A DNA stretch of 64,000 nucleotides, taken from positions 64,001-128,000 of the forward strand of contig JAKFBU010000041.1 in NCBI GenBank assembly GCA_036676985.1, given 5' to 3'. The position numbers and the translations under genes are program-made. This DNA comes from Candidatus Sericytochromatia bacterium (GTDB lineage: Bacteria; Cyanobacteriota; Sericytochromatia; S15B-MN24; UBA4093). The first letter of the stretch is position 1; each line of letters begins with the position of its first letter. The notes under the pieces were generated by a model that saw only the letters and a list, made by a program, of their open reading frames with translations, searched no databases and was not told where the DNA came from. Of this stretch, positions 1 to 9,844 are shown in pieces.

Positions 1-1
1 C

Positions 2-2047
2 GCCGAGTTCGCCCGTCACCTGGACGACATCGAGCAGGACCCGGCCGTCGTGGCCTGCGTGCTCGCGAGCGGCAAGAAGGACTTCATCGCGGGCGCCGAC
101 TTGCAGGAGTTCGCGGGCATCACCGACCCGCAGGCCGCCTCCGAGATCTCGCGGGTCGGCCACCAGCTACTCGATCGCATCGAGGGCAGCCGCAAGCCCT
201 TCGTGGCGGCCATCCACGGCGCGGCCCTGGGCGGCGGCCTCGAGGTCGCGCTCGCCTGCCACTACCGGCTCGCGAGCGACGCGCCCAAGACCGTGCTCGC
301 CCTGCCCGAGGTCATGCTCGGCCTCTTGCCCGCCGGCGGCGGCACCCAGCGCCTGCCACGGCTCATCGGCCTGGAGCGGGCCCTGCCCATGCTCCTCACC
401 GGCCAGCGCCTCCGGGCCAAGAAGGCCTACCGCTACGGCCTGGTCGACGCCCTGACCTCGCCCTTCGGGCTCGTCGAGACGGCCGCCAAGGCCGCCCTCA
501 TGCTCGCGAGCGGCAAGCTCAAGCCCAACCGCGACAAGAAGCCCCCCTCCGAGCGGCTGCTCGGCTTCGGCCCCGCGCGCACCCTCGCTATCGGCAAGGC
601 CCGCGAGGAGGTCATGCGCAAGACCGGCGGCCGGTACCCGGCGCCGCTCGCCATCCTGGAGTGCGTGACGGCGGGCCTGGACCACGGCTTCAAGACGGGG
701 GCGGCCAAGGAGACGGAGCTCTTCGGGCGGCTCGTGACGAGCCCCGAGTCCAAGCAGCTCATCTGGATCTTCACGGCCACCAACGAGCTCAAGAAGCTCC
801 CCGCCGAGCCCGCGCCCCGTCCGGTCCACAAGCTCGCGGTGCTCGGAGCGGGCCTCATGGGCGAGGGCATCGCCAGCGTCTCCATGGGCCTCAACCCGGT
901 GGTCCTCAAGGACGTCTCCAACGACACCCTGGCCCGAGCCGCCAAGAACATCCACAAGAGCCTCGACAAGCGGGTGCGCGCGGGATCGCTGACGGACGTG
1001 GAGCGATCGCGCCAGTGGTACCACCTGCAGTTCACCACCGAGCCGCAGGCGATCGCGGGCGCGGACATGGTCATCGAGGCGGTCTTCGAGCAGTTGGAGC
1101 TCAAGCGCCGGGTGCTCGCCGAGACCGAGGCCGTCCTCGCGCCCGACGCGGTCTTCGCCTCCAACACCTCGGCCCTGCCCATCGGGGCGATCGCCGCCGA
1201 GGCCCGGCACCCCGAGCGGGTGCTCGGCATGCACTACTTCTCTCCGGTGCCCAAGATGCCCTTGCTGGAGCTCGTCGTCACGCCCCGGACGGCTCCGTGG
1301 GCGATCGCCACCGCCCAGGCCTACGGCATCGCCCAGGGCAAGACGGTCATCGTGGTCCAGGACGGCCCGGGCTTCTACACCACGCGCATCCTGGCGCCCT
1401 ACCTCAACGAGGCCATGCGCCTCATCGAGGAGGGAGCGGAGATCAAGGCCCTGGACCGGGCGCTCAAGGACTTCGGCTTTCCGGTGGGGCCGGTGGCGCT
1501 GGTGGACGAGGTCGGCATCGACGTGGGCGCGCACGTGGCCCGGGACCTGGGCAAGGCCTTCGAGAGCCGCGGGCTCGGCGCCTCCGAGACCTACGTCAAG
1601 GTGTACGAGGCGGGGTACCTGGGCCGAAAGAACGGCAAGGGCTTCTACCGCTACGAGGGGACGAGCGGAAAGGGCGGCAAGGAGGTCAACACCGACATCT
1701 ACGCCTTCTTCGGCGGCCCCGAGCGCAAGACCCTGCATGCCCAGGACATGGTGGACCGCCTGGTCCTCCTGATGGTGAACGAGGCGGCCTACTGCCTGCA
1801 GGAGGGCATCGTCTCTTCGGCCCGGGACGCCGACATCGGGGCCATCATGGGGCTAGGCTTCCCGCCCTTTTTGGGCGGCCCGCTGCACTACGTGGATACG
1901 CGCGGCATCCAGAAGGTCGTCGAGCGCCTGGACGACCTGGCGAAGCTGCACGGCCCGCGCTTCAACCCGGCGCCCTTGCTGGTGCAGATGGCCAAGGAGG
2001 GCAAGCGGTTCTACGAGGCCACAGCACGGGTGGCCGAGCCGGTCTGA
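2..2047 (+). CDS. fadJ: Multifunctional fatty acid oxidation alpha subunit (enoyl-CoA hydratase/3-hydroxyacyl-CoA dehydrogenase), 5' end outside window
   Basis: Crotonase motifs FIAGAD, GGGLEVALAC, LPEVMLGLLPAGGGTQRLPR; Rossmann GAGLMG; ASNTSALPI, GMHYFSP; frame open from position 2. Confidence 0.9.
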   Translation, partial: AEFARHLDDIEQDPAVVACVLASGKKDFIAGADLQEFAGITDPQAASEISRVGHQLLDRIEGSRKPFVAAIHGAALGGGLEVALACHYRLASDAPKTVLALPEVMLGLLPAGGGTQRLPRLIGLERALPMLLTGQRLRAKKAYRYGLVDALTSPFGLVETAAKAALMLASGKLKPNRDKKPPSERLLGFGPARTLAIGKAREEVMRKTGGRYPAPLAILECVTAGLDHGFKTGAAKETELFGRLVTSPESKQLIWIFTATNELKKLPAEPAPRPVHKLAVLGAGLMGEGIASVSMGLNPVVLKDVSNDTLARAAKNIHKSLDKRVRAGSLTDVERSRQWYHLQFTTEPQAIAGADMVIEAVFEQLELKRRVLAETEAVLAPDAVFASNTSALPIGAIAAEARHPERVLGMHYFSPVPKMPLLELVVTPRTAPWAIATAQAYGIAQGKTVIVVQDGPGFYTTRILAPYLNEAMRLIEEGAEIKALDRALKDFGFPVGPVALVDEVGIDVGAHVARDLGKAFESRGLGASETYVKVYEAGYLGRKNGKGFYRYEGTSGKGGKEVNTDIYAFFGGPERKTLHAQDMVDRLVLLMVNEAAYCLQEGIVSSARDADIGAIMGLGFPPFLGGPLHYVDTRGIQKVVERLDDLAKLHGPRFNPAPLLVQMAKEGKRFYEATARVAEPV

Positions 2048-2071
2048 GGGGCCGCTGCCTGACGTCGCTCG

Positions 2072-2542
2072 TCAGGGCAGCTCTCCGCCCGACGGATCGC
2101 TTCCGGTGTCGCCGGGCGTGCCCGGTTCGCCGGGCTCGGTGCCGGTCCCCGGCTCGTTATCGCCCCCTCCGGGATCGGCGGGGTCCACCGAGCCGCCGCC
2201 CGGATCGTCGCCCTCCGTCTCATCGAGGAACCCGTCTCCGCCGGACCCCGACCCTCCGGAGCCCGTGGACCCGCCGGCAGGGGTCCGCTGGGGGGTGGGC
2301 GTGAACGTCAGCTCGGGCGGCGGTGGAGTGCTGCCGCCGCCGGACCAATCGTCGTTCGAGCCGGTCCCGTCGCCCGGATCGAGGGAACCCGCGGGATCCC
2401 CACCGTCCGGCGTCGCCTTGGCAGCGGGGGCGGACTTGACGGTCCGGGCCGTCACGAGCCCCTCCGGATCGTCACATCCCATGAGGCCCAGGGTGATGAG
2501 GCACAAGAGCACGCCGAGTATCAGCCGTCGCATGGGGGGCAT
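2072..2542 (-). CDS. Low-complexity Gly/Asp/Pro-rich lipoprotein
   Basis: Lipobox LMGC after a hydrophobic stretch; last gene of a tightly packed lipoprotein operon. Confidence 0.65.
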   Translation of the reverse strand: MPPMRRLILGVLLCLITLGLMGCDDPEGLVTARTVKSAPAAKATPDGGDPAGSLDPGDGTGSNDDWSGGGSTPPPPELTFTPTPQRTPAGGSTGSGGSGSGGDGFLDETEGDDPGGGSVDPADPGGGDNEPGTGTEPGEPGTPGDTGSDPSGGELP

Positions 2543-2549
2543 CCTCCGG

Positions 2550-5500
2550 CTAATTCGCCGTGTAACTGGTGCCGTTGTTGAGCGTGAAGCTCGGCACGTC
2601 GGGCACTCCGTCGCTGGGTTTGGTTCCGAACTTGCGCCAGTGGTCGGTGTCGGCGCTGTAGTACAGCAGCCAGTACTGCTGGCCGTAGACGAGGCTCACG
2701 GTGGCGGCCCCCGTCGTCGTGCTGGTGACGCCGCTGAGGTACCAGCCGCTGCTCGGATTGGGCGTGATCGTCGCCGTGCGGGTCCGCAGCGTCAGGGCCG
2801 AGGTGCCCGCGTCGTAGGTCGCGAAGTTGGTCTCGGGATCGATCGTGACGCTTCCGTTGGTCTCGATCCAGAACCGGTTGGTGCCCCCGTAGGTGTAGAA
2901 ATAGCCCTGCACCCGCCGTGACGCGCTCGTGACCAGCTCGAACGCGTTCTCGTTCTTGACCCAGGGCGTGTAGTTCTCGACCTCCGGGTCGTCCGAGGTG
3001 TGCCGACCGGCGTAGGTGATCCGGTAGTTCCCGATGTAGCCATTGGGCTTGATGGTTACGGTCTTGGTGCTCCAGACGAGCGCCCCGCCCGAGACCGAGA
3101 CGTACTTGGCCCCCGGATAGACCACGATCCCCGTGTCCTTGAGCTCCACCCAGTCGTTCCAGCTCTCGTTGTCGTAGAGGCGGATGGCCCAGCGCTGGTT
3201 CTTGATGACCTTCACCGAGGCCGTCCCGACCCGCCACTCGGACTCGATATCCATGTAGAGGGCGTACCAGATGCCGGCCTTGTTGCCGGGGTTCACGCTG
3301 ACGTCACCCGTGATGTAGGTGAGCGTCGGGGTGGCCGTGCCTCCCGAGGCGGTGACCATGCCCGTGCTGTTCGACTGCACCGCCACGCTGCCGTCGGCCT
3401 TGACGTCGAACCACATGTAGTCGTAGTTGGCGTAAGTGTAGACGTAATAGCTCGTCCCCTTGAGGGCGAACACGTCGATCTGGTCCCGCTGGCCGTTCCA
3501 GGTCTCGGTCCATCCGGCGACCGTCAGGTACGGACTGTAAAGGTAGGTCTTGACCCCGTTCGGCTTGATGGCGACCTTCGCGACGCTGAAGTTGAGGGCG
3601 TCCGTGGCGCCGGTCGCGGCGCTGAACGTGCCGTTCAGCCCCTGGCCATAGGTGTTCTTGATGGTCACGGTCCCGGTGGACCCGAAGTTGATGAGCACCC
3701 AGCCCACGGGCCAGAGATAGACGCGGTAGTCGTTGTTGGTGGCCAGCACGAAGCTCTGGTCTCCGCTGCCGCTGAAGAAGCCGCTCAGCTGCCAGTTGCC
3801 GTAGTAGCCGTTGGTCCTGACGTTCAGGCGACGCGTGGCGACCGTGATCGTGGGGGTGGCGGTCCCTCCGGAAGCCGTGGCCCGCGCGACGCCCTCGGCC
3901 GGAACGATCGTGACGGCCCCGTCGGTGCCCACGTCGAACAGGATGGCGTAGCTCGCTCCGTAGAGGTTGAGGCGATAACGGCCCCCCTTCACCAGCGGCA
4001 GCGTCTCGTCGACCTTTCGCCAGCCCGTGAAGCCCGAGATCACCCACTGGTTCTCGTAGGCCCCCAGGACGAACTTCACGTTGGCGACGTTGAGCCCGAG
4101 GCTCGCAGCGCCGCCCGTTGCCCGGCCGTCCAGTGAGGCCACGTTACCGGCGGCGTCGATGGAGAAGCGGACGGGGAGCCCCCAGAGCCCGTTGGTGCCG
4201 TAGAGGCCGTTGACGGTGAGCCCCCCGCGGTTGTTCTTGAGCAGGGTGACCGTCTGGCTGCCGTAAATCCAGTTGGTCACGCCCGAGATGCTCCAGGCCT
4301 GCTGCGCCTGGTTGGGGTTGACGGCGACGTCCACCGTGTTGAAGGTAAGGGTGTTGGTGCCGCCGGTCGCCGAGCCGTCGCACGTGACCTTGCCATCCGA
4401 GCCGACCGTGAACATGAAGGAGTCGAAGTAGCCGTTGATCACCATCTGGTAGGTGCGGCCTCGGTTGAGTGCCAGGGTCTCGGGGCCGTTGGCCCATGTG
4501 TTCACGCCGGGGATGTACCAGCTGCCCCGGAAGGTGCCGGAGTTGATGGTCACGTTGGTGGTCGGGACCGTGAAGCCGAGCTCGCCCGTGGTCCGCAGGA
4601 CCCCGTCCCCCAGGTCGGTGGTGACCCAGACCTTGCCGGTGGCGGCGCCCGCGGGCACGCCCACCACCAGGCGGGTGGCCGTGGCATGGTAGACGCTCGC
4701 CCGCGCCCCCTGGAAGTAGACGTAGTTGCGGCTGGGGATCGCCACGAAGCCGCGGCCGGCGAGCGTGATCATGGTGCCGACCGCCGCGTTGCTGCTGCTC
4801 AGCGACGTGAGGGTGGGCGTGAGCTGGTCGACGCTCTCGACCGGATCCAGGTCGTCATCGAGGACGGCGAGGAGGTTGCTCGCCATGGCCCGGATCTCGT
4901 CGTCCTTGTGGTTGGTGAAGGTGACGGCCTCGTTGAGATAGGCCGGATCGCTGGTCGCGACGACCTTCCCGATGGTGGCCGAAGGCGGGACGTTGACCGG
5001 ATCGAGGGCCGACAACAGCGCCACGGCCGTCGTCAGGGAGTTGAGGACCACCGAGCCGGAGGTCGTGGAGTTGGTGATGCTGAGCCAGCCGCTGCCGCTC
5101 CAGCGGAGGATGGTCCTGAGGCGCACGACGGCATTGCCCTGAACCTCTCCGGTCTTGCCGTGGGCGGACTCGAGGACGTAGTGGCCGTTGAGGGCGGGTG
5201 CGAAGGGCACGGTGAGCGAAAAGGCCCCGCGCGCGTCGGTCACGCCGGACGCCAGGACGCTGCCGCCCGCATCGAGCAGCGTGACGGTCGCCGAGTCCAG
5301 GACCGTCCCCACGGTGGCCTGGATCCGGTATCCCTGGCCCGCCGTCGCCGGGCCCAGGTGCGTGCGGCCCGCGAGCGTCACGGAGTGGACCGGCACGGGA
5401 GGCGGCTCGGACGTGTCCGCCAGGAGGGAGCGGGACAGGGTGGCCTGGTCCGGCAGGCCGAGCTTGCGTGCGGCATCGGCTGCAGCCTGCTCGGCCAGCT

Positions 5501-5798
5501 TGCGCCGGGAGGCCTCGGAGACCGACGGATCGTTTCGGACGGCCGCGGCAAGGCTCGAGGGGTCCCCGACCGTCGCTGCGCGCGCGGCGTCGGCGACCGC
5601 TTCCGGGTCCCCGCTCCGCGGGGTGAGAGCCGCCGGGTCCTTGAGGGCGGTCGCATCGGACGCCGGAGTCTCGGCCCCTTGCCGGGTCGGCGAGACGAGC
5701 GGCGTGGGCCGGAGCCATTGGCAACCCGTGAGCGCCAGCAACAGACAGAGGAAGGCTGCCACGAGGGGCCTGGCGATGCGGATCGAAGGGTGTCGCAT
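2550..5798 (-). CDS. Large surface lipoprotein, IPT/TIG domain plus about 8 aromatic beta-rich repeats
   Basis: Lipobox LTGC; IPT-like PTLTSLSSS..GTMITLAGRGF..VYFQG..LVVGVPAGA; roughly 80-aa repeats in the C-terminal 670 aa. Confidence 0.8.
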   Translation of the reverse strand: MRHPSIRIARPLVAAFLCLLLALTGCQWLRPTPLVSPTRQGAETPASDATALKDPAALTPRSGDPEAVADAARAATVGDPSSLAAAVRNDPSVSEASRRKLAEQAAADAARKLGLPDQATLSRSLLADTSEPPPVPVHSVTLAGRTHLGPATAGQGYRIQATVGTVLDSATVTLLDAGGSVLASGVTDARGAFSLTVPFAPALNGHYVLESAHGKTGEVQGNAVVRLRTILRWSGSGWLSITNSTTSGSVVLNSLTTAVALLSALDPVNVPPSATIGKVVATSDPAYLNEAVTFTNHKDDEIRAMASNLLAVLDDDLDPVESVDQLTPTLTSLSSSNAAVGTMITLAGRGFVAIPSRNYVYFQGARASVYHATATRLVVGVPAGAATGKVWVTTDLGDGVLRTTGELGFTVPTTNVTINSGTFRGSWYIPGVNTWANGPETLALNRGRTYQMVINGYFDSFMFTVGSDGKVTCDGSATGGTNTLTFNTVDVAVNPNQAQQAWSISGVTNWIYGSQTVTLLKNNRGGLTVNGLYGTNGLWGLPVRFSIDAAGNVASLDGRATGGAASLGLNVANVKFVLGAYENQWVISGFTGWRKVDETLPLVKGGRYRLNLYGASYAILFDVGTDGAVTIVPAEGVARATASGGTATPTITVATRRLNVRTNGYYGNWQLSGFFSGSGDQSFVLATNNDYRVYLWPVGWVLINFGSTGTVTIKNTYGQGLNGTFSAATGATDALNFSVAKVAIKPNGVKTYLYSPYLTVAGWTETWNGQRDQIDVFALKGTSYYVYTYANYDYMWFDVKADGSVAVQSNSTGMVTASGGTATPTLTYITGDVSVNPGNKAGIWYALYMDIESEWRVGTASVKVIKNQRWAIRLYDNESWNDWVELKDTGIVVYPGAKYVSVSGGALVWSTKTVTIKPNGYIGNYRITYAGRHTSDDPEVENYTPWVKNENAFELVTSASRRVQGYFYTYGGTNRFWIETNGSVTIDPETNFATYDAGTSALTLRTRTATITPNPSSGWYLSGVTSTTTGAATVSLVYGQQYWLLYYSADTDHWRKFGTKPSDGVPDVPSFTLNNGTSYTAN

Positions 5799-5816
5799 GA
5801 TCGGTACCTGCCGTCG

Positions 5817-8453
5817 CTAGGGGCTCAGCGTGAAGCTTGCCGTGCCGTCGATGGTGAAGACGTTGGGGGCGGCGGCCCCGGTCGTCGGGTCGAGCCTGAA
5901 GAGAACCGGCTGGTCGTAATCGCTCTGGTAGAAGCGGTACTGGAGACCGGGGATGAGGGACAGCGTGGCGATCGAGCCGTAGGCCCAGTCGCAGGCACCC
6001 CAGATGTACCAGGCCCGTTGGCCCGTGAAGGATGGCGTGGTGGAGTTGTTGCTCACCGTGACGGTCGTGGTGACGGTCTTGAGCGTCAGGGTCCCGCCGG
6101 AGGCGGTATGCAACTCGCCGGCCGCCGGCGAGACGGTCCCCGCCGAGTCCACCTTGAAGTCGCTCTTCCAGCCCGAGTAGCCTGAATGGGGCCAGAAGTG
6201 ATAGGTTCGGTTGGCGATGAGGGGCAGGGTCTTCTTGCCTATCTCGGGCAGCAGGCCATAGATCTTCCAGGGATTGCTCCAGGCCTTGGGGTCGATCGTG
6301 ACGTTCTTGACGATGTACGTCAGCGTCCCCGCGCCGCCCGTGAAGGAGTCCGTCTTGCTGACCGTCACGGTGCCCGTCGATCCGATGGTGACGAGGGTGT
6401 GGAAGGTCCAGTCGCCCTCCGGCAGGAAGTAGTAGGACAGGCCCTTGACCAGGGGCACCACGGGGTCGGCCGTCTCCTGGATGGCTCGTCCGCCGATGCT
6501 GCTGATGACCCAGTCACCGGGATAGGCGTTGCGATTGACCGTCAGGTTGGCGACGTTGAACGTGAGCGTCCCCGCGCCGCCGGTGAGGGAGACCGGGTAG
6601 TTGCTCGTGACGTTGCCGCTGCCGTCGAGCGTGAAAGAGACCCAGCTCGTGGTGCCCTCGACGAAGAGCCAGTACGTGAGGCCCCGGACCAGGTTGATGG
6701 TCTGGTTGCCCTCGTACCACTTGCCCAGGATCTGGTATCGGCCGCGGAAGCGCTGGATGCCGATCCCGCCGCCGTAGCCGTTGGTGTTGACCGCGACGTT
6801 GGTGGTGGCGTAGCTGATGGTGTTGCCGGTCACGCTCAGCGAGGCATCCGAGAGCTCCACGGCCCCCGCGGCATTGATCTTGAAGTTGCGCCAGCCGAGG
6901 CCCGACAGGCCGAGCTGGTAGCTCATGTCGCGCGGCAGGTTGAGGGTCGCCTGGCCATAGAACCACTCGCGGGCGCCGTTGATGATCCAGGCGCGATCGC
7001 TGGTGCCGGCGTTCACCGTCACCGCCACGTTGTTGAGCGTCACCTTGCCCGGGGTGCCCGTCGCCGCGGTGCTGCCGAGGGCGATGGTGACGCCGTTGGC
7101 GGTGTCCAGATCGAAGGGGATGTAGCCGCTGCCGTAGATGTAGAGGCGATTGGAGTTGTTGGGGATGAGCTTGACGGTGCGCGTGCCCTCCTGCCAGTCC
7201 GTGGCGCCCCAGACATACCAGGGCCGGTAGGTCATGGTCCCCACGTCGACCGTCACGTCCACCGTCTTGAAGGTCAGGAGCTGGTTGCCGCCGGTGGCGA
7301 AGGTGTCGCCCTCGGTCTCGGGATCCGGCGTGATGACGCCCGCCGCGTCGACCGTGAACTGAAAGCGCTCGCGGGTGTTGATCTGCATCCAGTACGTGCG
7401 GTTGAGGGCCAGCGAGACCTGGCGCTTGTAGTACTGCCATGTGACCGTGCCGCCCGGGATGTGCCAGGCGCCCAGGTAGCCGTTGGGGTCGACGGTGACC
7501 ACGACCTTGCCGACGGTGAAGGGCATGCCGGCGCTCACGGCGAACTGGGTCCGCACCGTGACGTTGCCCGTGGCGGCCCCCTCCGGGATGCCGACGATGA
7601 GCCGCTGGGGGGTGGCCACGTAGACCGACGCCGTGGCGGTGTTGACGAGGACCGTGTTGCCGGCGAGGACCGGCGAGAAGCCCGTGCCGTAGATCGTGAG
7701 GAGCTCGCCGGGGTTGCCCCCGTCCATGCTCAGCGAGGTGATGGCGGGGGTGATCCCGCTGACCTGGGCCGTGGGATCCAGATCGCTCGTCAGGTAGGTG
7801 ACGAGGTTGGCGGCCAAGGCCGCGATCTCGGAGTTGGCGTGGTTGGTGAAGGCGGGATTGGCGTTGAGGACGGCCGGGGTGACGCCGGCGTTGACCTTGC
7901 CGGCCGTGTTCTCGGGCGCCACGTTGGCGGGATCGAGGGCCGACTCGAGGGCCACGGCGGTCGTGAGGGGGTTGATGACGATGGGGCCGCTCACGCTGGT
8001 GCTCGTGATGCTGTGCCAGCCGTTTCCGACCCACTTGAGGATGGTCCGAAAGCGGGCCATGGCCGTGCCCGGGGCTGCCGAGTTCAGGCTCTTGGCGACC
8101 TCCAGGACATACGTGCTGCCCGACGCCGGGATGAAGCCGTTGGGGGCCAGGTCGAAGGCCCCGGTGCCGTCGGTGACGCCGCTGGTGATGGCGTACCCGC
8201 TGTGCTCCATGAGCGTGACGGAGGACGAGGCGAGCAGGTCGCCGGTCGTGGCCGAAACCCGCATGCCGAGCGGATACTCGACGCGTCCGCGAATGGGCGA
8301 GGCGACCGCGCCCGGAGCGTCGTTGCTCGGCGCCGCGACGTGGGGCATGGCCGGCTGCGGGGCGGTCGTCGTGGGCGGGACGAAGGGCGGCCTGGGGCAT
8401 CCGACCAGCAGGAGGACCAGACAGAGCAGGGAGATGAACGGCAGGCGTCGCAT
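5817..8453 (-). CDS. Large surface lipoprotein paralogue, IPT/TIG domain plus about 7 beta repeats
   Basis: Lipobox LVGC; N-domain clearly homologous to neighbours (RTILKW..GW.SIT, TTAVAL.SALDP.NV); IPT domain. Confidence 0.8.
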   Translation of the reverse strand: MRRLPFISLLCLVLLLVGCPRPPFVPPTTTAPQPAMPHVAAPSNDAPGAVASPIRGRVEYPLGMRVSATTGDLLASSSVTLMEHSGYAITSGVTDGTGAFDLAPNGFIPASGSTYVLEVAKSLNSAAPGTAMARFRTILKWVGNGWHSITSTSVSGPIVINPLTTAVALESALDPANVAPENTAGKVNAGVTPAVLNANPAFTNHANSEIAALAANLVTYLTSDLDPTAQVSGITPAITSLSMDGGNPGELLTIYGTGFSPVLAGNTVLVNTATASVYVATPQRLIVGIPEGAATGNVTVRTQFAVSAGMPFTVGKVVVTVDPNGYLGAWHIPGGTVTWQYYKRQVSLALNRTYWMQINTRERFQFTVDAAGVITPDPETEGDTFATGGNQLLTFKTVDVTVDVGTMTYRPWYVWGATDWQEGTRTVKLIPNNSNRLYIYGSGYIPFDLDTANGVTIALGSTAATGTPGKVTLNNVAVTVNAGTSDRAWIINGAREWFYGQATLNLPRDMSYQLGLSGLGWRNFKINAAGAVELSDASLSVTGNTISYATTNVAVNTNGYGGGIGIQRFRGRYQILGKWYEGNQTINLVRGLTYWLFVEGTTSWVSFTLDGSGNVTSNYPVSLTGGAGTLTFNVANLTVNRNAYPGDWVISSIGGRAIQETADPVVPLVKGLSYYFLPEGDWTFHTLVTIGSTGTVTVSKTDSFTGGAGTLTYIVKNVTIDPKAWSNPWKIYGLLPEIGKKTLPLIANRTYHFWPHSGYSGWKSDFKVDSAGTVSPAAGELHTASGGTLTLKTVTTTVTVSNNSTTPSFTGQRAWYIWGACDWAYGSIATLSLIPGLQYRFYQSDYDQPVLFRLDPTTGAAAPNVFTIDGTASFTLSP

Positions 8454-8456
8454 CGG

Positions 8457-9443
8457 CTATTGCCCCCGGTAGGTGCCGCCGATGCGGGCGAGGGCCATGA
8501 AGGCGGCAAGGTTGCTCGACCCGATCGAGTTGGTCACGTGGACGTAGCCGGTACTCGCACTGGCCGGGATCTGGACCCGCAAGGCCGTCTCGCTGGCAGT
8601 CAGGACGGTGGCGGGCAGCCCGTTGAAGTAGACGGAGTTGCTCGCCACCTCCGGCGCGAAGCGCAGGCCGTCGATGACGATCTCGGTCCCCGGCGCGCCC
8701 GAGTTGGGCGTGAGGCCTCGGATATAGGGACCGAAGGGCGTGCTGAGGGTGAAGGTGTTGGAGCCGGAGGTCCAGGAGACGCTTGCCAACGGATCGACCC
8801 CCTGCTCGACGGCGGAGTCGACGAACCTCCAGACCGCGGCGAACTCCGCCGGAGAGAGGTTTGGCACCCCGCCGAAGGTGTCGGGGGGGATCGCGGTGGT
8901 GCCGCTGGCCCCGACCGTCAGGCTCCCGAGCAGCTGGTCGGGATTGACCCGGGAGGTGCCCTTGAGGCTCGCCACGGTGCATAGGGCCGTGGTGGACTTG
9001 GAGATGACCGTGCCCCCGAGGCCCGTGATGCTCATCCAGCCGGTATCGGAGCGGTACCGGACCAGGGTACGGAGGCGGGCGGCACTCCGCCCGGCGACGT
9101 TGTTGCCGAGCCCCTTGATGGCCTCCAGGTAATACGACTGCCCCTCGATGGGTCGCCACCTGGCCAACGAGAGTGAGAAGGCGCCCTTGGCGTCCGTGAG
9201 GGTGGCGGCCACCGAGACGTTCCGGCTGGCATCGATCAGGGAGACGGTGGCCGAGCTGGCGATCTCCGAGAGGGTGGCCTGCGTCTCGTAGCCCCCCTCC
9301 TGGAAGCGTACGACCCCGTAGAGGTCCGGGACGGAATCCGCCGCCGGGCTGGCGCAACCGGCGACGATCGCAGCCGCCAGGATGCTTGCCACCCGGCTCA
9401 AGGCCGTCCTTCTGGCGATCGATCCGCCTGACGCTATGCTCAT
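8457..9443 (-). CDS. Lipoprotein paralogue with the same N-domain and an IPT/TIG domain, no repeats
   Basis: RBS GGGGAGAG before ATG 9443; lipobox VAGC; RLRTLVRY..GWMSIT; PNSGAPGTEIVIDG. Confidence 0.75.
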   Translation of the reverse strand: MSIASGGSIARRTALSRVASILAAAIVAGCASPAADSVPDLYGVVRFQEGGYETQATLSEIASSATVSLIDASRNVSVAATLTDAKGAFSLSLARWRPIEGQSYYLEAIKGLGNNVAGRSAARLRTLVRYRSDTGWMSITGLGGTVISKSTTALCTVASLKGTSRVNPDQLLGSLTVGASGTTAIPPDTFGGVPNLSPAEFAAVWRFVDSAVEQGVDPLASVSWTSGSNTFTLSTPFGPYIRGLTPNSGAPGTEIVIDGLRFAPEVASNSVYFNGLPATVLTASETALRVQIPASASTGYVHVTNSIGSSNLAAFMALARIGGTYRGQ

Positions 9444-9702
9444 GGCTCTCCCCCCAAATCGGGCTTCCACCCTTCGAATAGCCACGGGCACAAATAACCA
9501 AGCAAACGAAAGGCCGTTAGGCACCATATACCCCGTAGGGGCAGAACGTTATACCTGATTACTGTTGGAAGAATCTCATCCTCGTCGCTCTACCATTCGT
9601 TCCGTTCAGGACGACGAACGATGATCGAGGGCGGGCCGCGAAGCGGCGCACGTCGTCAAGCAGGAGCCACGGTGCGGGGTGGCCGAGCCCCTTTAAACGC
9701 CG

Positions 9703-9737
9703 GGAGGCCCGGGACTTGCGTCCCGGGCCTCCGTTTT
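9703..9737. terminator. 13-bp perfect stem-loop, probable terminator
   Basis: GGAGGCCCGGGAC-TTGC-GTCCCGGGCCTCC followed by GTTTT. Confidence 0.55.
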
Positions 9738-9844
9738 ACGCCCCTATGACTTCCATTCTAGCGTGGGAAATGCCGTCACGCCGGAATCCAGGGTCGCTGC
9801 TCGTGGCCTTGTCCCTAAGCTAGCCACCCCCTTCACGCTCGGCT

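Noticed and set aside
9700-9750. GGGGCG-starting minus-strand sequence as tmRNA or tRNA-Sec
   Set aside because: No T-loop, anticodon arm, CCA end or tag frame found
9772-9795. CCGTCACGCCGGAATCCAGGG as a remnant of repeat family 3
   Set aside because: Single short degenerate arm; not enough to call
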